Source: Candidatus Aenigmatarchaeota archaeon (GTDB lineage Archaea; Aenigmatarchaeota; Aenigmatarchaeia; CG10238-14; SpSt-28). Taken from it: DNA of 35,295 nucleotides. The notes beneath the pieces are model-generated. The model saw only the letters and a list, made by a program, of their open reading frames with translations. It was not told the origin of the DNA and ran no database searches. Location of the stretch: contig JAVVFY010000008.1 in the NCBI GenBank assembly GCA_032249395.1, positions 1-35,295 on the forward strand, read 5' to 3'. A program made the translations under genes and the position numbers. Positions 9,577 through 18,009 of this stretch are shown piece by piece; the stretch's first letter is position 1; every line of letters starts with the position of its first letter.

Positions 9577-9991
9577 TATTTGTTTTTCTTTCCTTTATCT
9601 TCTCTATAATACCTCTAACTTTCAATCTTTCCAAAACTCTAAATGCTTTAACTTTTCCAATTTTTTTTGATATCTTTGCCTGAGTAACTTTCCCCTCGTT
9701 TTCAATAATCATTTTTATTACTTCTCTTTCTAAAGGATCCAAAAGCTCAATCCAGTTTTTTGCTTCTTCTTTACTTTTTTCTATTGCCGGTAAAAGAAGA
9801 TAGAAAGAAATCAATCCAACAAGAATACCAAAAGAGGAAAACATTGGTATCAACAATGGAATTGGTAATGTACATGAACATGCAGTTCCTTCTATTATGT
9901 GTGTTTGTGCATAAAGTGTTGCGAAAGTGACTGAAAATACGAATGTTGAAACCACAATTCCAAAGATAATCAATTTTCTTTTTAGTTCCAT
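9533..9991 (-). CDS. Membrane-anchored winged-helix transcriptional regulator (COG2512-like)
   Basis: Two hydrophobic helices flanking a loop with TACSC, then LLDPLEREVIKMIIENEGKVTQAKI...KVKAFRVLERLKVRGII wHTH. Confidence 0.85.
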   Translation of the reverse strand: MELKRKLIIFGIVVSTFVFSVTFATLYAQTHIIEGTACSCTLPIPLLIPMFSSFGILVGLISFYLLLPAIEKSKEEAKNWIELLDPLEREVIKMIIENEGKVTQAKISKKIGKVKAFRVLERLKVRGIIEKIKERKTNIIKLSKRFEFLLKK

Positions 9992-10014
9992 ATTTGCTTT
10001 TATAACTTATAAAT

Positions 10015-10057
10015 ATAAGGTTTCAATTTTTGAAACCGAAGCTTAAATAAGGTTTCA
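10015..10057. promoter_or_regulatory. Divergent promoter with palindromic operator GGTTTCAA-TTT-TTGAAACC (10019-10037), extra half-site and TATA box
   Basis: Perfect 8-3-8 inverted repeat; ATAAGGTTTCA repeated at 10015-10025 and 10047-10057; CTTAAATA at 10042-10049 lies 24-31 nt before ATG 10073. Confidence 0.7.
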
Positions 10058-10072
10058 CACCAAAAATTCTTC

Positions 10073-11344
10073 ATGGAAATAAAATAAATTTTAGAAAGCG
10101 AAAGAATTAAAGAAGCGAAAAAAGGGTTTAATCTAGCGTTTCAAACATACTTAACGAATAGACAAAAAGCTTTGGAAGGAATGGATGAAGAAGCTCTAAA
10201 GAAGGACCTCAGAAGAATAAAAGAATATTCAATAAAAAATTTGTCTGCTTTGAAAGCTAAAGCAATAGAGAATTTGAAAAAACAAGGCGTTAAAGTCTTT
10301 GAAGCTAAAGATTCAAAAGAAGCTAAAGAAATTCTTTTGAAATTAATTCCTGAAGGAGAGACTATTGTGAAATCAAAATCTAATGTCATAAATGAAATTG
10401 GAATAGAAGATTTGGAAAAAAGAAATGAGATTATAGAGACGGATTGTGGCGACTTTCTCGTGCAAATTTCTGAAGAGAGTAGCGTCCATCCTGTTACTCC
10501 AGCTTTACATTTGACTGTTGATAGAATAGTTAGAGTTATAGAAAAAAAGTTTGGAGTTAAACTTGAGGGAAAACCAGAAGAAATAGTAAAATGGGTTATA
10601 GGATATTTGAGAGAAAAGATATTAAAAGCTAAAATTGGACTGAGTGGAGCTAATATTATTTCTGCAGATGGATGGATTTTTATTGTTGAAAATGAAGGCA
10701 ATATTTCTCTTGTTTCTAAACTACCTGAAAAACACATAATAGTTGCTAGCATTGATAAAATAGTTCCTACAATTCAAGATGCTATAACTATTTGTAAGGC
10801 TTTAGCAATTTATGGAGCTGGCGCTTCATTACCTGCATACATTAATGTAATATCCTCACCAAGCAAGACCGCTGATATTCAAAAGCAAATTGTTTATGGA
10901 GCACATGGTCCAAAAGAAGTTTATTTGATTCTATTAGACAATGGAAGAAGCAAAATAATAGAAGAAGGTTTAGAGGAAATTTTATACTGCATAAATTGTG
11001 GTGCTTGCCTTTACTTTTGCCCAGTTTATAGACAAATATTTGACAATTATGGTTACAAATATTTTGGCGGAAGAGGCGTAAGTTTAATTTCTTTTATTTT
11101 TGGAATAGAGAAAGCTTTTGAAAGAGGGCTATTTTATTGTACTACTTGCTCAGCTTGTAAAGAACAATGTCCGTTAAGCATTGATATACCATCTTTGATA
11201 AGAAAAGTTAGGGAAATTGCTGTAAAGAACAACTTAACAACTAAGACAAACTTTGAGATGATTGAAAATCTGGAAAGCGTTGGTAATCCATTTGGTGAAA
11301 CTATAAAAGAAAAGGAGATTCCAGACAAATTGTATTGTTGCTAG
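10073..11344 (+). CDS. LUD-domain 2x[4Fe-4S] protein (LutB/LldF-like); in-frame TAA at codon 5 if started at ATG 10073
   Basis: VKSKS, ETDCGDF, HPVTPALH, ENEGN, PSKTADI, GAHGP, LLDNGR, CINCGACLYFCP and CTTCSACKEQCP; ends LYCC; ATG GAA ATA AAA TAA at 10073-10087 is in frame with the ORF at 10172. Confidence 0.88.
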
Positions 11345-11356
11345 GAGAGTGATAAA

Positions 11357-12709
11357 ATGAAGAAAATATTGTTTCTAAGCGTTCTTGTGTTTTTGCTTAC
11401 TGTTTTTTCGAATAACTTTAATATAGCATTTGCAACTGAGAATAATACTGTTTGTGTTTTTCTTTTCTATAGTAGAGGGTGTACTCATTGTGCAGAAGCA
11501 AAACCTTTTTTGCAACAACTTTCACAAAAGTATCCAATTGATTTGAACGAATTTGAAGTAGGTAATCCAGATAATTCAAGACTTTGGTATCAAATTAGTA
11601 ACAAGTACAAAACACAGCCAATTGGAGTTCCAATGACTTTTATTGGTGATAAGGTTTTTATCGGATTTGCTTATGGAGATCAAGAAATTTTCAACTCTAA
11701 ATACAATGCTTTCATTGGGTATAGTAGCGTAATAGAGAGGACAATTAAAGAATATGTGGAAAAAGGTGGAGTAGCTTGTCCTTATGAAATTTCTACATCT
11801 TCCACTACTAATCAACCATTTACTTCGATTACACATTCAGTAAATAGATTAATAATAATTCAGGTTGCCGTTCTTATAATTTCTATAGGAGTTATCTTTG
11901 TACTACTGAGGAATAAAACTAAAATCAAAATGAAGAAAGGAATAATTTCATTTCTTTTTACCTTTCTTTTGCTACCCTTTGCTCTAGCTCAGGAAGTTCA
12001 AGTTCCTCTAATCGGTAAAATAAGTGGAGGGACACCTATTATCATTCTTGGTATGATTCTTGGATTGATGGATGGTGTTTTCAATCCTTGTGCTCTTTCA
12101 GTTCTATTCTTTCTCATAGCATATCTAATGAGTTTAGGCTCCAAAAGAAAGTGTTTGATTATTGGTACTATTTACTCTCTGATGATTTTTGTTGTTTACA
12201 CTCTTTTTATGTTTGGAATATTGAATGTAATTTACTATGTTGGCAATCTATCATTAATCGAAAAAGTAGTCGGAGCAGCTCTAATAATGTTCGGGATAAT
12301 AGAAATAAAGGATTTCTTTTTCTATGGCAAATGGTTTTCATTAGAAATCCCAAAATCTGCTTCCCATTACATAGAAAAGCTAATTAAAGCAGCCACAGTT
12401 CCTTCAGCATTAATTCTTGGGTTGTTAGTAGCTTTAGTAGAGATTCCATGTGCAGGAGCATTCCCATTCTTCTACACAACTTTACTAGCAAGCAAAGGAA
12501 TTCAAGGAATCGAAAACATTCTTTACATTTTTTGGTATAATATCTTCTTCGTTTCTCCTCTAGTTATACTAACTCTGATATTCTATCTTGGTTTTGCAAC
12601 GATAGAAGAAGCTGAAAAGAAGAGATTAGAGCTCAGAAAATACATGAGACTAACAGCAGGTATAATAATGATTTTGTTAGGATTAAGCATTCTTGTAGGG
12701 TGGTTGTGA
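11357..12709 (+). CDS. Secreted thioredoxin/glutaredoxin domain fused to a CcdA/DsbD-type transmembrane electron carrier
   Basis: N-terminal signal peptide; FYSRGCTHC and GVP (cis-Pro) Trx motifs; multi-TM domain with FNPCAL and EIPCAG paired Pro-Cys motifs. Confidence 0.85.
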   Translation: MKKILFLSVLVFLLTVFSNNFNIAFATENNTVCVFLFYSRGCTHCAEAKPFLQQLSQKYPIDLNEFEVGNPDNSRLWYQISNKYKTQPIGVPMTFIGDKVFIGFAYGDQEIFNSKYNAFIGYSSVIERTIKEYVEKGGVACPYEISTSSTTNQPFTSITHSVNRLIIIQVAVLIISIGVIFVLLRNKTKIKMKKGIISFLFTFLLLPFALAQEVQVPLIGKISGGTPIIILGMILGLMDGVFNPCALSVLFFLIAYLMSLGSKRKCLIIGTIYSLMIFVVYTLFMFGILNVIYYVGNLSLIEKVVGAALIMFGIIEIKDFFFYGKWFSLEIPKSASHYIEKLIKAATVPSALILGLLVALVEIPCAGAFPFFYTTLLASKGIQGIENILYIFWYNIFFVSPLVILTLIFYLGFATIEEAEKKRLELRKYMRLTAGIIMILLGLSILVGWL

Positions 12710-13438
12710 ATGAAAATTTTAGATAAAATTCTTGGCGGAAACATTCTTTACTATCCTGGCTGTCTAACAAAGTTTGTAGGGAAAGATTTGAAAGAAAATT
12801 ATGAGAAAATTCTAAGAGCTATTGGAATAGATTTTATTGAGTTGAAGGAAAAAGAAGTTTGTTGTAGTTCGCCAGCTTTAAATGCTGGTTATAAGAAAAC
12901 AGCAGAAGAGTTAGCTAGAAAAAATTACTATGTTTTCAAGGAGCACAGAGTTAAAAAAATAATCTCCAATTGTCCAGCCTGCTGTAAAACATTTTCTCAA
13001 GATTATCCTCTTCTCCTAAAAGAATGGGACATTAAAGTTGAACATGTATCACAAACAATTTATAGAGCTATACAAGCAGGAAGATTGAAGCTCAAGAAAA
13101 AAATAGAAAAGGTAGTGACTTTTCATGATCCTTGCTATTTAGGTAGATATATGAGTATCTACGAAGAGCCTAGAAAGATCTTAGAGTTTATTGGTTGTAA
13201 GATTGTTGAGATGAAATTTAATAGAGAAAATTCTTTTTGTTGTGGTGGCGGCGGAGGAGTTCAATCTAATTACGCAGAGCTTGCAAATTCTATAGCGAAA
13301 GAAAGAATAGAACAAGCATTACAAACTAAAGCAGAATTTTTAGTTACGATTTGTCCTCTTTGCTATTATCATTTGGGGAGAAACTCAAGAGAAATTCGTG
13401 TTTTTGAAATTTCCCAGCTTTTGGTTAAGTGTATATAA
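12710..13438 (+). CDS. CCG-domain Fe-S oxidoreductase subunit (LutA/GlcF/HdrB-like)
   Basis: YYPGC, CCSSP, SNCPAC, FHDPCY, CCGGGG and TICPLC, i.e. two CCG domains. Confidence 0.9.
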   Translation: MKILDKILGGNILYYPGCLTKFVGKDLKENYEKILRAIGIDFIELKEKEVCCSSPALNAGYKKTAEELARKNYYVFKEHRVKKIISNCPACCKTFSQDYPLLLKEWDIKVEHVSQTIYRAIQAGRLKLKKKIEKVVTFHDPCYLGRYMSIYEEPRKILEFIGCKIVEMKFNRENSFCCGGGGGVQSNYAELANSIAKERIEQALQTKAEFLVTICPLCYYHLGRNSREIRVFEISQLLVKCI

Positions 13439-13473
13439 TTTTTATTTTTATATTCCTAAACGAAAGAATAAAT

Positions 13474-14097
13474 ATGGATGAAACATTAGTCTTTAAAACT
13501 TTATACGAATCTTTTGTTGCATATATACCAAATTTTATGGCATTTTTCATTTTACTGTTCTTAGGATGGGGAATAGGTAAGATTTCTGGAAGGATAGTAG
13601 AAGAAGTTATAAAAAGGTCTAAAATAGAATCTTTATTGTTCAAGAAAAAACCAATAATCTCTTTGTCTTCTCTGTTTTCAATAATAACATTTTGGAGTGT
13701 TTATCTTTTATTTTTGAAAGCAGGCGTTGACGTATTAGGAATTAAAGCTATTTCTGACATTCTTTCTTCTCTTTTAGCTTTTATTCCCAGATTTGTTGCT
13801 TTTCTTATAGTATTTCTTGCTGGCTATTTCATTTCAGAGTATGTTAGGGCGAATGTAGAAAGAAGTGAAGTGGAGTATAAAGGTTTATTATCAAGAATTG
13901 CATTTTGGTTAGGAATTTACGTTTCAGCAATAATTGCATTGTCTCTTGTTGGAGTAGATGTCTTCATCCTTGAAGTGATACTAATAGTCGTTATAATAAG
14001 CGTTCTTTTACCATTCTCTATAGGTTTCTCTCTTGCCGTGAAGGATGAAGTTAAAAAAGTTATAAAAAAGCAATTGAAAAAACTTTCTAAGATTTAA
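13474..14097 (+). CDS. Membrane protein with conserved TM-helix repeats (small mechanosensitive channel-associated family)
   Basis: Two repeats, AYIPNFMAFFILLFLGWGIGK and AFIPRFVAFLIVFLAGYFISE; start at ATG 13474. Confidence 0.75.
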   Translation: MDETLVFKTLYESFVAYIPNFMAFFILLFLGWGIGKISGRIVEEVIKRSKIESLLFKKKPIISLSSLFSIITFWSVYLLFLKAGVDVLGIKAISDILSSLLAFIPRFVAFLIVFLAGYFISEYVRANVERSEVEYKGLLSRIAFWLGIYVSAIIALSLVGVDVFILEVILIVVIISVLLPFSIGFSLAVKDEVKKVIKKQLKKLSKI

Positions 14098-14119
14098 ATC
14101 CTTCTTGCAACTTAATTAA

Positions 14120-14845
14120 ATGAAGAGAGAGCCTGCTGTAAAAGTAAGAATAAAAGATATAGTTGATGGAAGATTTATACCAGGCGAAAAAGAAAGCATG
14201 AAGCCCAGCTATTTGATAACTCCTTTTGGTAGAAAAATTTACCGAGTTAATGTATTAGCAACAATAACCAACAAATTTTTAAACGAGGATGAAAGTTACA
14301 TTTCTTTCACTCTAGATGATGGGACTTCTTCTATAAAAGCTAAAGCTTTTAGAGATGTTGTTGGTCAAGTAAAGAATCTTGAAGTTGGTGATATTGGAAT
14401 TTTTATTGGGAAAATTAAAGAATGGAATGGAGAGCTTTATTTAAACATTGAAATAGCAAGAAAAATTGATGACCCTAATTATGAAACTTATAGAAAATTA
14501 GAGCTAATAAAAGAAATTTTACCTTACAAAAGAATGATTCTAGAATTAAAAAGCATGCGAGAGAAAATGAGCGAAGAAGAGTTTTTAAAAGAAGCGAAAA
14601 AGAGGTTCGGATTAAGCGAAGATATTATAAGTTTTTTAATTGAAAGCGAAAAAATTGAAGAAAAAGATTACAAAGCTGAAATTTTGAAGGTCTTGAAGGA
14701 ATTGGATAGGGGAGAAGGAGTAGATGTTTTGTATTTATTTGAATTCATGAAATTACCTGCTCAGACTTTGGATTCTATATTAACAGAATTGATGTCAGAA
14801 GGCAAGATTGAAGAAATAGAAGCTGGTAAAATTAAAGTGAGGTAA
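14120..14845 (+). CDS. OB-fold ssDNA-binding protein, RPA32/Rpa2-like, with C-terminal winged helix
   Basis: REPAVKVRI, RVNVLATI, LDDGTSSI and IGKIKEW; C-terminal wHTH ending GKIEEIEAGKIK. Confidence 0.82.
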   Translation: MKREPAVKVRIKDIVDGRFIPGEKESMKPSYLITPFGRKIYRVNVLATITNKFLNEDESYISFTLDDGTSSIKAKAFRDVVGQVKNLEVGDIGIFIGKIKEWNGELYLNIEIARKIDDPNYETYRKLELIKEILPYKRMILELKSMREKMSEEEFLKEAKKRFGLSEDIISFLIESEKIEEKDYKAEILKVLKELDRGEGVDVLYLFEFMKLPAQTLDSILTELMSEGKIEEIEAGKIKVR

Positions 14846-14849
14846 TTAG

Positions 14850-15245
14850 ATGGAGTACGAAGAAATGCTTGAGGAAGCACTGAAAAAAATAGTTAAGAAA
14901 GAGACAAAGGAAAGATTTCAAATCCCACAGATAGAAAGTGAAATACAAGGTCCAAAGTTTATAATAAAAAATTTTAAAAAGATCGCTGAATACATAAAAA
15001 GAGACCCAAAACATTTTGCAAAATTTTTAATGCTATCTCTGGCCTCCTCAGGTAGTATAGAGGGAGAAACTCTTGTATTAAATTCCAAGCTGAAGAGGGA
15101 AGTTGTTCAACAAAAAGTTGAAGAATATATAAAAAGATATGTTTTTTGTAAAGTTTGTAATGAACCTGATACTAAATTAATAAAGGAAGATAGAATTTAC
15201 TTCATTCGTTGTGAAGCTTGTGGTGCAAGTTATGCCGTCAAATAA
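14850..15245 (+). CDS. eif2b: Translation initiation factor 2 subunit beta
   Basis: YEEMLEEAL, ERFQIP, NFKKIAEYIKRDPKH and zinc finger CKVCNEPDT...CEACGA. Confidence 0.95.
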   Translation: MEYEEMLEEALKKIVKKETKERFQIPQIESEIQGPKFIIKNFKKIAEYIKRDPKHFAKFLMLSLASSGSIEGETLVLNSKLKREVVQQKVEEYIKRYVFCKVCNEPDTKLIKEDRIYFIRCEACGASYAVK

Positions 15246-15540
15246 ATTTTGGAGTAGATTGATAAAGACTAGATTTGAGACTTTGGTAGCAATATGTGAC
15301 GAAGAACTTATTGGAAAGGAGATTAAGATAGAAAAAAATTTTAGCACGTCCGTTAGCGAAAGGTTTTATAAAGAGAAGTTAATTGATGAAAAAGAAGCTT
15401 TAGATCTTATGGAAAAAGCAACTATAGGAAATTTGTTAGGAGAAAGAATAATTAAGTTGGCTATAGAAAAAAATATTATTTCTCCGGAAGGAGTAATTTT
15501 AATTGGTGGAATACCACATGCACAATTTGTTAAGATCTAG
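15232..15540 (+). CDS. DUF424 family protein
   Basis: LVAICDEELIGK, VSERFY, ATIGNLLGE and IGGIPHAQ; commonly found next to aIF-2beta. Confidence 0.88.
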   Translation: MPSNKFWSRLIKTRFETLVAICDEELIGKEIKIEKNFSTSVSERFYKEKLIDEKEALDLMEKATIGNLLGERIIKLAIEKNIISPEGVILIGGIPHAQFVKI

Positions 15541-15919
15541 AAAGGCCCAATTCTATATCCTTTCTGTAGTCGGAATAGTTACAATCTTTTATGCAATAGG
15601 CAAAAGTCTAACACCAAATATAATAATAGATACATCTGATGTTGCTCTAAGAAACGATTATTTTGTTTTTAATAATATTGTCGAGAAGACTCTAAAAACT
15701 CTGGATGCCTCCAAAAGTTGTGAAGATTTGAGATTCAATTTGGAAGAATTTAAGAATATTGCAACAAGAGCTTTTGCTCCCAATTTTAGAATAGAATATT
15801 CTTATTCGATAGTTTCTTGTAGTGATTCTACAAGATCAGCGACTGTAAGTTTCAATATTACTCTATATTCAATAAATTCAGAAATTGGTACAACATTTAC
15901 AAAAAATGTAAATTGGTAG
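15518..15919 (+). CDS. Class III signal peptide pilin-like protein
   Basis: RKA|QFYILSVVGIVTIFYAIG prepilin-type motif; exact start uncertain. Confidence 0.7.
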   Translation: MHNLLRSRKAQFYILSVVGIVTIFYAIGKSLTPNIIIDTSDVALRNDYFVFNNIVEKTLKTLDASKSCEDLRFNLEEFKNIATRAFAPNFRIEYSYSIVSCSDSTRSATVSFNITLYSINSEIGTTFTKNVNW

Positions 15920-16176
15920 GCTGTGCCCTCCATAACCCACCTTCTGTTTTAGGTAGCATTCGTCTAAGCGCCATTTAAGCTTGCATCTCATTGGCTGCGT
16001 GGACCCGTTTCACCCTTTAGCAAGCAACTCATATTTCAATCATCGTTAGCGCTTGCTAAAGGTCTCGTTTCTGATGTCCACGCGAGGCTTCTCAGCCTCT
16101 TCTTGCCTCAATGGGTGGAATTTCCTCACCTCTGCTTTTTGGCAGAGGCGAAGCTACCTGGAGGGCTCAGCCTACC
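15915..16176 (-). ncRNA. rnpB: Ribonuclease P RNA (compact, type-M-like)
   Basis: On the minus strand: P1 GGTAGGCTGAGCCCTCCA / TGGAGGGCACAGCCTACC; CR-I GAGGAAATTCCACC (16114-16127); CR-V ACAGAAGGTGGGTTA (15933-15947) forming P4; AGAAAC and TGAAAC loops; GC-rich island in an AT-rich background. Confidence 0.95.
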
Positions 16177-16228
16177 AAAATATTTTGGGAAACAAACTAT
16201 TTAAAGTTAGACCTTATAAATCTATAGA

Positions 16229-17251
16229 ATGAAGGAATCCAAAGGAAAGTCTATAAAAATTAACATACCTGCTATAACTTTTGGTAATCGATTTTGGAAA
16301 ATGTTATCGTTGGTTTTGTTAGTTGCTTTAGTTGGAAGCATTTATATGAATTTTAGGGGAGTTTCTTTTTCTGGACAGCTTTCTTCAACTGATGTTGGAA
16401 AGAAAGTTATTGATTTCATAAATAATAATTTGGTGCAACCAGGAACTTCCGCTTCTCTAGTTTCTGTAAAAGATATGGGTAGTTATTATGAAATTATAAC
16501 AAGTTATCAAGGACAACAAATTCCTGTTTATGCTACTAAGGATGGAAAAATACTCTTTTTACAAGCTATAGAAATGACAGAAACTCAAAAAACTCAGACT
16601 CAAACCACGACACGGCAACAAACTCAAGATATACCTAAGAGAGATGTTCCAGATGTAAAAGTTTTCATAATGTCTTATTGCCCATATGGAATTCAAGCAG
16701 TAAAGGCTCTGTTGCCTGTTATGAAATTATTGGACGGAAAAGCTAATATAACAATCCACTATGTTGATTACATTATGCACGGAGAAAAAGAGGTTTATGA
16801 GAATTTAAGACAATACTGTATACAGAAAGAACAAAGAGACAAATTCTATGATTACATGTTGTGCTTTGTCCAAAACGGGGATTATCAAAAATGTTTGATT
16901 GAATCAAAAATAGATGTCAATAAGCTAAATGTTTGCATGAATGAAACAGATCAAAAGTATAATGTCACAAAGTATTATCAAGATAGAAACACTTGGTTGG
17001 GTGGAGCCTATCCACCTTTCTTGGTTGAGAAAGACTTGAATGATAAGTATGGTGTACGTGGATCACCAACAATAATAATAAACGATAAAGAAGTCAGAGT
17101 GAATAGATCGCCAGAAGCGTTTAAACAAACAATATGTCAAGCATTTACGACTCCACCAGCCGAATGCAATCAAATCTTATCAACAGAAACGGCATCTCCA
17201 GGTATAGGTCCTTTGACAGGTGGATCAACTTCTAGCGGCTCTTGTGGATAG
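16229..17251 (+). CDS. Membrane-anchored thioredoxin-fold (DsbA-like) protein
   Basis: N-terminal TM, Thr/Gln linker, FIMSYCPYG, GVRGSPT cis-Pro motif, C-terminal GSCG. Confidence 0.8.
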   Translation: MKESKGKSIKINIPAITFGNRFWKMLSLVLLVALVGSIYMNFRGVSFSGQLSSTDVGKKVIDFINNNLVQPGTSASLVSVKDMGSYYEIITSYQGQQIPVYATKDGKILFLQAIEMTETQKTQTQTTTRQQTQDIPKRDVPDVKVFIMSYCPYGIQAVKALLPVMKLLDGKANITIHYVDYIMHGEKEVYENLRQYCIQKEQRDKFYDYMLCFVQNGDYQKCLIESKIDVNKLNVCMNETDQKYNVTKYYQDRNTWLGGAYPPFLVEKDLNDKYGVRGSPTIIINDKEVRVNRSPEAFKQTICQAFTTPPAECNQILSTETASPGIGPLTGGSTSSGSCG

Positions 17252-17534
17252 AAAAGAATTTTTTGATTATTTCCAAACACTCTTTACCATAATCAGTCAA
17301 TTCATAATAAACTCTTTTAGGTTTTTTTGAAACCTCAATCTTTTTTATAACACCTTCTTTTATCAATACCAGTAGAGAATAATTAACAGAAGGAGAACAA
17401 GCATTGCAAACCCTTTTTAAATCGTTAAAACTACGTCTTATACCATCTTCCAGAGATAAAATTATCTTTAGGTTTGTTTCATTACCAAATATTCTTGCCA
17501 TTTTGCCTATTAGGTTATCCTTTTCTGGCATCAT
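17232..17534 (-). CDS. HxlR/ArsR-like winged-helix regulator with CxxC
   Basis: LKIILSL...RSFNDLKRVCNACSPSVNYSL...PKRVYYELTDYGK. Confidence 0.8.
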   Translation of the reverse strand: MMPEKDNLIGKMARIFGNETNLKIILSLEDGIRRSFNDLKRVCNACSPSVNYSLLVLIKEGVIKKIEVSKKPKRVYYELTDYGKECLEIIKKFFSIHKSR

Positions 17535-17584
17535 GAATAATATTTAAATACCTAAAGTATAAAAATTATACTGGGTGTGTGTTT

Positions 17585-18007
17585 ATGGTAGCGGACAAAG
17601 AAGAGGAAAGATTAATGAAAAAGAAGTTAGAAGAAATGAAAAAAAGATTTGGCTTAAAAGAAGATAAAGCCAAAGATTTTGAAATAGAAATAGAAGTTGG
17701 TGATGACGACTTTCAAGAAAAAGTTATAGAGATGTCTAAGAAAGTTCCAGTTTTAGTAGATTTTTATGCCTATTGGTGTCCACCATGTAGAATACTTTCT
17801 CCAATACTAGAAAAAATAGCCAAGGAATATAATGGAAAGTTTATATTGGCAAAAGTTAATGTTGATGACGCTCAAATTACTGCTGAAGAATTTGGAATAA
17901 TGAGTATTCCAACTGTTGTTTTATTTAAAAACGGGGAGCCTATAGATTATTTTGTTGGCGCTCTTCCCGAAACTCAAATTAAAGATTGGTTGAATAGGAG
18001 GTTGTAA
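17585..18007 (+). CDS. trxA: Thioredoxin with N-terminal extension
   Basis: VLVDFYAYWCPPCR and SIPT. Confidence 0.95.
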   Translation: MVADKEEERLMKKKLEEMKKRFGLKEDKAKDFEIEIEVGDDDFQEKVIEMSKKVPVLVDFYAYWCPPCRILSPILEKIAKEYNGKFILAKVNVDDAQITAEEFGIMSIPTVVLFKNGEPIDYFVGALPETQIKDWLNRRL

Positions 18008-18009
18008 AA

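Noticed and set aside
10085..10087. Stop-codon reassignment as explanation for the in-frame TAA
   Set aside because: TAA, TAG and TGA all terminate conserved genes normally in this window
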